A stretch of 64,000 bases of DNA from an uncultured virus (IMG/VR IMGVR_UViG_3300042453_004077). Lineage: Duplodnaviria; Heunggongvirae; Uroviricota; Caudoviricetes. How positions within the stretch are numbered: the stretch's first letter is position 1; every line of letters starts with the position of its first letter. Under the pieces are notes generated by a model that did not search any database, was not told where the DNA came from, and saw only the letters and a list, made by a program, of their open reading frames with translations. The translations under genes were made by a program, and so were the position numbers. Of this stretch, positions 27,543 to 35,527 are shown one piece after another. The stretch is taken from IMG/VR virus record IMGVR_UViG_3300042453_004077. One strand, given 5' to 3'.

Positions 27543-27815
27543 ATGAACAAAAAACAGAAGCAAGCAAAAATTGCTCGCGTTTTAAGGGAATTCAAAGCCG
27601 GCACACTTAAGAGCAGCAGTGGACAGCCAATCACTAATTACAAGCAAGCAGTGGCGGTTGCGCTGTCAGAAGCTGGTATGAGCATGAAAAAGAAGGATGC
27701 CAGCGAAGAATACATGCGTGCTTTCATTCGCCAAGTGCTTCAAGAAGAAGAAGCAATGGAAGAAGAGGAAATGGGCGAAGAGGGCGGCATGTGTGATTCC
27801 TTGGGAAAGCCTTAA
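27543..27815 (+). CDS. small head-region protein (DUF6496-like); 5' part of a putative frameshifted gene
   Basis: KIARVLREFKAGTLKSSSGQ...KQAVAVALSEAG; ends G GGA AAG CCT TAA. Confidence 0.75.
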   Translation: MNKKQKQAKIARVLREFKAGTLKSSSGQPITNYKQAVAVALSEAGMSMKKKDASEEYMRAFIRQVLQEEEAMEEEEMGEEGGMCDSLGKP

Positions 27816-28162
27816 GGGGAGACGCTGAATCATTTTCCCCTCCATCGTCCGTGAGAGCCGCAGCGCGTCGTGGCCTCGAACTACGTAAGAAATATGGCAA
27901 GGGCGGCCTGACCACTCAGGAGGCCGGCAAGCAAGGCATTGGCAGCGGAGTGGCACGGGCTTCGGACTTGGCCGGTGGCAGTTCATTGAGCTTTGCGACC
28001 ATCAAGCGCATGTCAGCTTTCTTTTCTCGCCACGAAAAGAATAAGAGTGGAGGAGAAAATGACGCTGGCTATATTGCGTGGCTTCTATGGGGAGGAGATG
28101 CTGGCAGGGCGTGGGCCAATCGCATCATTAAGATGGTGGAAAGTCGCAAGAAGGACCAATGA
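27809..28162 (+). CDS. -1 frame continuation, conserved-looking head-associated domain
   Basis: Open from 27809 (ALRGDAESFSPPSSVRAAARRGLE...IAWLLWGGDAGRAWA). Confidence 0.7.
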   Translation, partial: ALRGDAESFSPPSSVRAAARRGLELRKKYGKGGLTTQEAGKQGIGSGVARASDLAGGSSLSFATIKRMSAFFSRHEKNKSGGENDAGYIAWLLWGGDAGRAWANRIIKMVESRKKDQ

Positions 28163-28470
28163 GCGAATACGTGCGCGTGATCGAAGAAGAAGAAGAAGAT
28201 GGTATTGGCGTTTTGAAGGCTCTGGCTATTCTTTCGGCTCATGAGCATCGCAGTACTTCGCATTGGCGCCTGGTGGAGCGACAGCATTTCAAGAATGGAC
28301 GCCTTGATGAGACGCATATTTTCGTCGAAAGCTTCTATGAAAAACCAGACGAGCATTTTGAGCCGGTCAAGATGCTCACTTTTGAAGCCGAGGCAATTGC
28401 CAAGGCCTATGTAATGGAAAGCATTGAAAGCCAGATTCGCGACATTCAGGAAGATGACGAAGAAGATTGA
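28159..28470 (+). CDS. hypothetical acidic protein
   Basis: 103-aa ORF with ATGA overlap. Confidence 0.65.
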   Translation: MSEYVRVIEEEEEDGIGVLKALAILSAHEHRSTSHWRLVERQHFKNGRLDETHIFVESFYEKPDEHFEPVKMLTFEAEAIAKAYVMESIESQIRDIQEDDEED

Positions 28471-28742
28471 GCCGCGTTGACGACAAAGTTAGGCATGCCT
28501 AGCAGCCATAATACGGACAAACCATAAAGACCGCTCAGGGTCGCCAGTTGCACCGCAGAGGGCTCTGTTACTGCTTTCTCCATGCGACAGTAAGTGGCAG
28601 CTCCTATGTGAAGTTCTTTCGCCACGTCCCTTTGTGACAAGCCACTGTTGAGACGAGCTTCTTTGATGCGATCTGCTACGAGCATGCGACGCTGCAGGTG
28701 AGGCATTCGGAAGGCATTGACCCTGCTGGAAACCAGTCGCAC
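28446..28742 (-). CDS. XRE-family HTH transcriptional regulator
   Basis: RIKEARLNSGLSQRDVAKELHIGAATYCRME...PS..QLATLS.LYG.SV.WLLG; exact start uncertain. Confidence 0.85.
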   Translation of the reverse strand: MRLVSSRVNAFRMPHLQRRMLVADRIKEARLNSGLSQRDVAKELHIGAATYCRMEKAVTEPSAVQLATLSGLYGLSVLWLLGMPNFVVNAAQSSSSSS

Positions 28743-28802
28743 GGCGTTTCATTTCTGGAACACTTATTATACACGATCAACTCTTGTTGTTAGTTTATTT
28801 AT

Positions 28803-29996
28803 ATGAGCGAAACTTCTTTTCGTTACGATGTCGCGCCCATCGAAAAGTATGAAGTGACCCCCGAGGGTTATCTTCGCACTTGGGCTACTATTGCTCGCAC
28901 TGGCGTACAAATGTACACCGATGCGGGCGGTGGAGTTCGGCGTGAATATCGTCCCGAAGAAGAAGTGGGCTCGCCAGAAAGCCTCGCTTCGTTTGCGGGC
29001 AAGGCTGTAACTTTTGAACATCCCCCTGCGCTGCTCGATAGCTCCAACACGAAAGACTATCAAATTGGCTTTTCGGGAACGGAAGTGGTATATGACAACG
29101 GCTTTGTCCGTGCAGTTATGACCATCACCGACAAGGACGCCATTGAGCGCATCATGCGGGGTGATGCAAAAGAAGTGAGTGCTGGTTACAGGGTGCAATT
29201 TGACCCGACGCCTGGCATTGCGAGCAACGGCGAACATTACGACGGCATCCAACGGATGATCGACGGCAATCACATTGCAGTTGTTCGTAGGGGCCGGGCA
29301 GGCCCGCAGGTGAAGCTTCATCTAGACCGCCTAGATGCCGCCGACCCGTCTTTACTATCTCCTATTGAGGAACCATCTATGGCTGCAAAAGTCAATTTTG
29401 ATGGCGCCGAGTTCGAGGTGAGCGAGAGCGTTGCTCTGGCGATCACCAAAGAACGCGAAGATGCCAAAATGTCCTACGAGGACATGAAGAAAAAGTACGA
29501 TGCCATGATGTCCGAAGCTTCCAAAATGAAGGAAGAGATGGACGCCATGGGTAAGGAAATGAAGGGCAAGTGCGATGCCGCCGAGGGTCGCGCTGATGCT
29601 CTTGAGCAAGAGCTCGAAGCTGCACGAGCTGAGCTTGACGCCGCCAAGGAAGTCAATCTTGATTCGCTTGTCGAAGAGCGCGTTGCCCTGATTGACAAAG
29701 CTCGCACCAATCTGGACAGCGAGTTTGATTTCTCTGGCAAGACTGCCCGTGAAATCATGGAGGCCTCCATCAAGGCTGTTCGTGGCGACGCCTTTGACCT
29801 GTCGGAGCGCTCTGACGATTATGTGCAAGCCATGTTTGACACCCTGGCTGATTCTCCTCGCAGTGACTCCACCGCCACTGACGAGCTGCGTAAGGCCGTA
29901 GCTTCCATCGCAACTCCGGCTTCTGCTCCTTCTTCCTACATGGAAAGGATTCAGAACGCTTGGAAAAATCCTCTTTCCATCTCCAAGGAGCGCTAA
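28803..29996 (+). CDS. DUF2213 prohead protease/scaffold
   Basis: TPEGYL..ARTGVQ.Y, VTFEHP, EVSAGY, NHIAVV..GRAG; coiled-coil C-terminus. Confidence 0.88.
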   Translation: MSETSFRYDVAPIEKYEVTPEGYLRTWATIARTGVQMYTDAGGGVRREYRPEEEVGSPESLASFAGKAVTFEHPPALLDSSNTKDYQIGFSGTEVVYDNGFVRAVMTITDKDAIERIMRGDAKEVSAGYRVQFDPTPGIASNGEHYDGIQRMIDGNHIAVVRRGRAGPQVKLHLDRLDAADPSLLSPIEEPSMAAKVNFDGAEFEVSESVALAITKEREDAKMSYEDMKKKYDAMMSEASKMKEEMDAMGKEMKGKCDAAEGRADALEQELEAARAELDAAKEVNLDSLVEERVALIDKARTNLDSEFDFSGKTAREIMEASIKAVRGDAFDLSERSDDYVQAMFDTLADSPRSDSTATDELRKAVASIATPASAPSSYMERIQNAWKNPLSISKER

Positions 29997-29999
29997 TCC

Positions 30000-30563
30000 A
30001 TGGCCGTTACTTTCACCCCTTCGGGCACGGCTGCTGCAGGTGGCGTTCAGCAGAGCTATGCGCTTGAGCTGACTGCCCTCCTGGAAGGTCAACTGTCCGA
30101 CATCCGCGACAACACGATCGGCACCTTTATCAACGAAACTGGTGCTGTCATTCCTTTCGGCAACATCGTTACTTGGGCAAGCGGCGGCACTGTCGCCAAT
30201 TCCGCCAAGACCATCGCTGCTACTGGCGAAACCGTGGTTGGCGTCAACGTGCTCACCTACGTCGATGAAACCGCTGAAGACGCTAACAGCCGTCCTGGCG
30301 TGAAGGCCGCTCAGGCCATGAACGTTCTGAACGAAGGCGCTGTCGCCATGTATGTGCATGGTTCCGTCACGCCCGCCACTGCAGTGCGCGTCATCCATAC
30401 CGCCACTGGCGTTCAGTATGCCGGCCAACTGCGCAGCGCTGCGCTGTCTGGCAAGACTGCTGTTCTTTCCAACGCTCGCTACCTCACCTCCGTCACCGGA
30501 TCGGGTCTGGCGATTGTTGAACTGAACGGTCCTTCGTTCACTCTCACCGCTGACAATTCTTGA
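30000..30563 (+). CDS. capsid decoration/cement protein
   Basis: Ala/Thr/Gly-rich beta protein (IPFG..V) between protease and major capsid gene. Confidence 0.75.
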   Translation: MAVTFTPSGTAAAGGVQQSYALELTALLEGQLSDIRDNTIGTFINETGAVIPFGNIVTWASGGTVANSAKTIAATGETVVGVNVLTYVDETAEDANSRPGVKAAQAMNVLNEGAVAMYVHGSVTPATAVRVIHTATGVQYAGQLRSAALSGKTAVLSNARYLTSVTGSGLAIVELNGPSFTLTADNS

Positions 30564-30578
30564 TAGGAGGCCCTCGAA

Positions 30579-31484
30579 ATGTCTGATTTTCGCATGGACG
30601 AAGCGGGTCTGTTTCTTGAGCGTCAGCTTGAGTACATCCGCCCCCAAGTGTTTGAAGTCACCTACGCTGACATCAAATACCCGACCATTCTGCCTGTGAC
30701 CAGTGAGGCTGGCCCTGGCGCTCAAACCTTCACCTACCGCGTCATGGACGCCACTGGTGAATTCAAAGTGATCTCCGACGCCGCTGACGATCTGCCTCGT
30801 GCCGACATCAGCCAAACTGAGAAGAGCATCAACATCCGCTCCATCGGTGGTAGCTTCGGTTATACCGTTCAAGAGCTGCGTGCCGCTCAAATGGCCAACA
30901 TTGCTCTTGAGCAACGTCGTGCTTCTGCTGTTCGTCGTGCTTACGAAGAGAAAGTGGAAGACGTGGCGATGTTCGGTGAGGCCTCGGTGGGTCTGGCTGG
31001 CTTCTTCAACAACTCCACTGTTGATCTGGTTGTTGCTGACAAGTGGTTCACTGATAGTGGCACCACTGCTCAGGAAATGCTGGAACTGCTGAACTATGGC
31101 GTGACTGCCATTGTCAACGGCTCCAAGATGAAGGAAGAGCCTGACACCATCCTCATGGCTTATGAGGACTACAACAAGGTGAGCACCACTCGTAACAGTG
31201 ACTCTTCGGACGTGACTGTTCTTGAGTACTTCCTGCGCACCAACCCTTACATCCGCAACGTTGAGCCGATTAATCAGCTCGATGCGGACAACAGCACGCT
31301 TGAGAAGAACCGCATGGTGGTTTACAAGCGTGATCCCCAGAAGGTGCAACTGCACATTCCTCAGCCCCTCGAACTGTTCCCCCCTCAGCAGCGCGGTCTG
31401 GAATTCATCGTTCCTGCTCATGCTCGCCTGGGCGGTGTCGCTCTCTACTACCCCAAGAGCGTCATCTACGTTCAAGATAACTGA
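30579..31484 (+). CDS. major capsid protein (DUF2184, HK97 fold)
   Basis: FLERQLEYI.PQVFE, GY.VQELRAA, GG...YYP; strong SD (AGGAGG). Confidence 0.9.
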   Translation: MSDFRMDEAGLFLERQLEYIRPQVFEVTYADIKYPTILPVTSEAGPGAQTFTYRVMDATGEFKVISDAADDLPRADISQTEKSINIRSIGGSFGYTVQELRAAQMANIALEQRRASAVRRAYEEKVEDVAMFGEASVGLAGFFNNSTVDLVVADKWFTDSGTTAQEMLELLNYGVTAIVNGSKMKEEPDTILMAYEDYNKVSTTRNSDSSDVTVLEYFLRTNPYIRNVEPINQLDADNSTLEKNRMVVYKRDPQKVQLHIPQPLELFPPQQRGLEFIVPAHARLGGVALYYPKSVIYVQDN

Positions 31485-31528
31485 GTCTGATTGGGGCGTT
31501 AAGCTTGAAAGCAGTTCTTCTGAACACT

Positions 31529-31915
31529 ATGTTGATTGCTTATCGCCCCGATCTTGAAAACCCGCCTCGTGAAGGAGGGCTCGGTGTTATCACAGACGCG
31601 GGAATGATTCAACTCAGCCCTGGCGTCAACACGGACGTTCCCGAAACCAAATGGGCTCAAGCCAAGAACAATGGAACAGTCAAGCGCCTCATGGCAATTG
31701 GCGCCATTGAAGAACTGAAGGACACTCCTACGGTTCAAGACATTCCGACCAAGGTGTCTACGCTTGCGGCCCTTCCCCTGTCAGATGCGTTGCGCATGAT
31801 TGAAATCATGCACGATGAAGATCAGTTGCAGGATTGGAAGAAAGTTGAAGGGCGTGTGCGTGTGCGTAATGCCGTTAGTAAGCGACTTGAAGCTCTTCGT
31901 ACAGGAAAAGCCTAA
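31529..31915 (+). CDS. hypothetical virion-region protein
   Basis: ORF after the capsid gene; ATG 31529. Confidence 0.65.
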   Translation: MLIAYRPDLENPPREGGLGVITDAGMIQLSPGVNTDVPETKWAQAKNNGTVKRLMAIGAIEELKDTPTVQDIPTKVSTLAALPLSDALRMIEIMHDEDQLQDWKKVEGRVRVRNAVSKRLEALRTGKA

Positions 31916-31917
31916 TC

Positions 31918-32232
31918 ATGGCAGTCACTTACGCAACGTTTCTTGATCGCTTTCCTGAATTCACTCCCCATCCATCGGGCATTGTGAATGGGGCAATTAC
32001 TGAGGCAACAGCAGATGCAAGCTCTGACGTGTTTGGTGATCAAACTGACCGCGCAGTAAAGCATCTGGCTGCTCACATTATTGCCATTCAGCTTGCACAA
32101 ATGGGCGTTCAAATTGGCGCCACAGATGGCAAGGTGTATGGCAAGGGACTGGAGGCCACTCAATATGGTCAAGAGTTCAAACGAATGCTTGAAACCGTCG
32201 CTGGCGCTTCTTCCATTGGTTTCGTCGTATGA
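31918..32232 (+). CDS. head-tail adaptor (DUF4054-like)
   Basis: FLDRFPEF...LAAH...TQYGQEF. Confidence 0.82.
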   Translation: MAVTYATFLDRFPEFTPHPSGIVNGAITEATADASSDVFGDQTDRAVKHLAAHIIAIQLAQMGVQIGATDGKVYGKGLEATQYGQEFKRMLETVAGASSIGFVV

Positions 32233-32618
32233 CCAACGTCCTTGCCCCTCTTGCTAATGCCACCCTGGTGTGGCAAGTTGCATCGGGCTATACATTGGAC
32301 GCTGGAACTGGCAATTATGTGGCTGTCACTACTGGCGTCACTTACTACGCCACCCTGAAGCAAAAGCAGAACCCACGGTTTGATTATTTGCTTGGCGCAG
32401 ATAATACTGCCGTGTACATGGAAGGACGACTGACTGGCCCCTTGGCTCTTTCTGGCGTCACTCCTGGCAGTTCTGCGGCTGCAACAATCAATGGGAGAGA
32501 AGGACGGTTTGAGCTATTGCCAAACGAACAAATTGCTGAACACTATTGGCAATTTCTTGGCGCACCAATCAGGGGCATTTTTAGACTGGTTGGCAAGGGT
32601 AGCGTTCAGAACGTCTGA
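32229..32618 (+). CDS. putative head-closure/neck protein
   Basis: Position after the adaptor, beta-rich, 129 aa. Confidence 0.55.
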   Translation: MTNVLAPLANATLVWQVASGYTLDAGTGNYVAVTTGVTYYATLKQKQNPRFDYLLGADNTAVYMEGRLTGPLALSGVTPGSSAAATINGREGRFELLPNEQIAEHYWQFLGAPIRGIFRLVGKGSVQNV

Positions 32619-32656
32619 GACGCTTAATCATTTTCTTTCCCATTGAGGCTTTTCTC

Positions 32657-33238
32657 ATGCTCTACCATCCGACTGAACTGGTTAAGAGTCAGGACGTCAT
32701 TGTTCGTGTTGGCTCGATCGTTACGGCTTCCGGCCGTCCTGTGATCACTCAGAGCGGCGCCACCTTCACTGTTAGCGGCGCTCCCACTCTCTATACCCTG
32801 CAGGCCGCTACGACGGCTTCCGTGGCCTTCAACGACGGCAACACCGAGTTCTATCTGCTTGGTGGCGGCGGCTTCTCTGACAGCGTGATTGTCACCTCTC
32901 AGGCCACTGCTTCCGTTACTTCCTACTTCCAGAAGGACGTTGACGGTACCACCTTCCTGCCTGACAGCTTCGATGAAGCCTTCCAGGTGATTTCGACGGC
33001 TCGTTACGACAAGACCGCTGAAGTGTACGTGGAAATCAATAAGCAACTGGGATCCAGTGGCACCACGTTCTACTACGACCGCGTGGCTTATGTTGCTCGC
33101 GTGATGAACTATAACGAGAGCTATCCCGCTGATAACCTTGTTGAAGTGACCTTCGACCTGATTAGCCGTGGTCGCATTGGCATCCACCAAGCCGCCACCA
33201 ACTCTGGTTCCATCATTCCCACTGCTCCTAATAGCTGA
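32657..33238 (+). CDS. major tail (tube) protein
   Basis: Thr/Ser-rich, 193 aa, PADNLVEVTFDL.SRG; followed by a terminator. Confidence 0.75.
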   Translation: MLYHPTELVKSQDVIVRVGSIVTASGRPVITQSGATFTVSGAPTLYTLQAATTASVAFNDGNTEFYLLGGGGFSDSVIVTSQATASVTSYFQKDVDGTTFLPDSFDEAFQVISTARYDKTAEVYVEINKQLGSSGTTFYYDRVAYVARVMNYNESYPADNLVEVTFDLISRGRIGIHQAATNSGSIIPTAPNS

Positions 33239-33272
33239 TTTCTTTAGAAACTGCTTGAGCAATGCCTGTGCT

Positions 33273-33297
33273 AGCCTCTCCTTACGGGGAGGCTTTT
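33273..33297 (+). terminator. Rho-independent terminator
   Basis: AGCCTCTCC-TTAC-GGGGAGGCT-TTT. Confidence 0.75.
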
Positions 33298-33301
33298 CAT
33301 T

Positions 33302-33820
33302 GTGAACATTCTTCAGCTACGCGACGTTCTTATTACGCTGCTTGTTCAGGGATACATTGTTCAAGAGCAAAGCAACAACGGCGGGGACGTTGGGGACGGA
33401 GCCGCTCAAGACTACATACTTCTAGAAGATGGCAGTCTCTTCCTCGTTGAAAGCAATGGCCTAGTAGGCTCTTATACCCTGCCAAACGGTTCCACAACAC
33501 CTGCGGTGTATGTGGTTGGGCAACAAGGCGTACCTTCTGATTGGAAAGTGGAAGGCTTGGAGTTGACAATTAGGCAGTTCCCCGATTTGTCTCCTAAGGC
33601 GGGCATTGGCATCGTAGACGTTTTGAAGCAATGGGAAGTAATACTCACGCAATACACCACGACAAGCGCGACAATGTCTGAGGCAATGGAAAGGATAGTG
33701 AGGCGCTTTCCTGACGCTACATTGCGCTATCTGCCTGGCTACGACATATCTTATGAGCGTTGTCGCGTCATCATTCCAGATCGTGAAATTTATCGCCTGT
33801 ATCAACTACAACAGCCCTGA
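33302..33820 (+). CDS. putative tail completion/terminator protein
   Basis: Position in the tail module; carries an ILLEDGS insert. Confidence 0.55.
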   Translation: MNILQLRDVLITLLVQGYIVQEQSNNGGDVGDGAAQDYILLEDGSLFLVESNGLVGSYTLPNGSTTPAVYVVGQQGVPSDWKVEGLELTIRQFPDLSPKAGIGIVDVLKQWEVILTQYTTTSATMSEAMERIVRRFPDATLRYLPGYDISYERCRVIIPDREIYRLYQLQQP

Positions 33821-33825
33821 TTGCT

Positions 33826-34305
33826 ATGGCAATAATCAACAGTCTCAAGATTAAGGCTTCATTGATGAATGCCTCTTCCATAGAAAAAGCTTTGGCGAAT
33901 GCTTTCGCTCAGTGGGCAGAAGAGGATATTAACGACACTCACTGGCGCGAGCAATTCTTGGAGCGAGAATGGAAATACGATGGGGAAACCAGGAGGAGGA
34001 ATCCTACTGCTCCCGTTCGAGACGCAGGTAATCCTCGTGATATTTACGACTTCGGTAAACTGTATGAAAGTGGCGTCAACAGCTTCTCTCTTACGACTGG
34101 CCCAAGTGGAATCAGGGCGTCTTGGCATTGGGACGCTCAAAATTCTTCCGGAAAGGAATACGCATGGTATGTGCATTATGGCGAGGGTACCAACAAAACC
34201 GCCCGACCATTCACTGATGACATTTCCATTGCTAGTTCCTTTTTCGTGAAGAAACCGGGCTTAGCTCTTGTGCAAAGGGTGGCGACAGCAGTGGGGGTCT
34301 TGTAA
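33826..34305 (+). CDS. putative tail completion protein (HK97 gp10-like)
   Basis: RDIYDFGKL..S, YAWYVHYG, ARPF motifs. Confidence 0.65.
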   Translation: MAIINSLKIKASLMNASSIEKALANAFAQWAEEDINDTHWREQFLEREWKYDGETRRRNPTAPVRDAGNPRDIYDFGKLYESGVNSFSLTTGPSGIRASWHWDAQNSSGKEYAWYVHYGEGTNKTARPFTDDISIASSFFVKKPGLALVQRVATAVGVL

Positions 34306-34544
34306 TGAAAATAGACTACCTGGCAAGCGATGATGCCAGAGTCCATGCCATCAATTGTCGAGTGGAGGGAGAGGAGATTAGCGTTGGCATTTTATGCGTG
34401 ATGGCGGTTCAGGAAAGCGCATGTAGAATATCCAGTGAAAATGCGTCTTTTCTGGTTGACATTCCTAAGCCCTTTCGGTCAGGAAGTGAACGAGTGAAGG
34501 CATTCAATGTTGTCCTGCCCATCGCCAACCATGAGCAAGTATAG
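34305..34544 (+). CDS. hypothetical protein
   Basis: 79-aa ORF with TAATG overlap. Confidence 0.55.
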   Translation: MKIDYLASDDARVHAINCRVEGEEISVGILCVMAVQESACRISSENASFLVDIPKPFRSGSERVKAFNVVLPIANHEQV

Positions 34545-35031
34545 TTTTCTTGTCGCTAGCAAAGAGCTGGAGTATTTTGCCGTTAATGATTCTTTGCGAC
34601 TGTTGCGACATGGCGGCTGGCTCGTCGGAGAAAGCATTGAGCACGAGGAGATCACCAAAGCTCAAAGCACTGCCACGCTGAAAGCCGTGCAATTGGCAAG
34701 GAAGATCGCCAAGGTCAAGAAGATTGACATTGAAGATGCTTTTGCCCTGCTGCAGGACGGCAAAATGGCAACGGCAGATTTGTCGGACGAATTTGCGGCG
34801 GAAGTGCTCGACTTGCTGGAAAGCAGTAAAAGCGCCGACACGACAAGCGCTCGTTTGGTTACCACTTTCATGCGCTCACGAGGGGAAGGGCTGATTGATG
34901 GACAATGGAAAGCGCTAGAAGATTGGAGCATGGACGACACCAAAGGACTTTCTCGTCCCATTGTGAGGAAAATTCTTTCTTTCGTCAATGAAGAACAAGA
35001 AAGCGAGAGTGGCTCCGAAAAAAAAGACTAG
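34531..35031 (+). CDS. tail assembly chaperone (gpG-like)
   Basis: Upstream of tape measure; ends GAA AAA AAA GAC TAG. Confidence 0.75.
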   Translation: MSKYSFLVASKELEYFAVNDSLRLLRHGGWLVGESIEHEEITKAQSTATLKAVQLARKIAKVKKIDIEDAFALLQDGKMATADLSDEFAAEVLDLLESSKSADTTSARLVTTFMRSRGEGLIDGQWKALEDWSMDDTKGLSRPIVRKILSFVNEEQESESGSEKKD

Positions 35032-35492
35032 AGGAAGACGGGCTTAGCCGCGTTGAAAAGTTAGAACATCGAGCGAAGGCCGCTCTGTCTTCCGATGCGC
35101 CATGGGACAAGATTTACTTCCGACTTTCGTCATCAGCATTTAGAGATGATCGCTGGAATGCTCAAAACTTTTCTAAGCAAAGAACCAAGGACGTACTGGC
35201 GGCGCTGAAATGGCTTGAACAGCGCGACATTGCGGAGCACAACGCTCAAAGCATGTCCACTGCAAAGTTGTGCATGGTGGTCGTGGGAGCACTTGCAGGC
35301 AAGACTTCTAAGGCCACCATTGACGATTTCTTGCCTTTCGACACGAGAAAGATAAAGAAAGAGAATGGCATGAGCAGCGAAAGCTTAGAAGTGTTACGTC
35401 GTCTAATGAAGACGCGCAAATTAGATGGAAGATTGCTTGCATTATTGGCGGAAGACTTGAAACTTGCCTCTAGCCGAGAGGAAACTGGCTAA
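35025..35492 (+). CDS. tail assembly chaperone -1 frameshift extension (gpT-like)
   Basis: -1 frame open without stops from 35025 to 35492, in frame with ORF 35253..35492. Confidence 0.75.
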   Translation, partial: RLEEDGLSRVEKLEHRAKAALSSDAPWDKIYFRLSSSAFRDDRWNAQNFSKQRTKDVLAALKWLEQRDIAEHNAQSMSTAKLCMVVVGALAGKTSKATIDDFLPFDTRKIKKENGMSSESLEVLRRLMKTRKLDGRLLALLAEDLKLASSREETG

Positions 35493-35527
35493 GGCTATAA
35501 TGATGGCTAAGGCCGTGGAAACTGTCG

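Noticed and set aside
29355..31475. 706-aa antisense ORF
   Set aside because: Shadow of codon-biased protease, decoration and capsid genes; no recognisable motifs.
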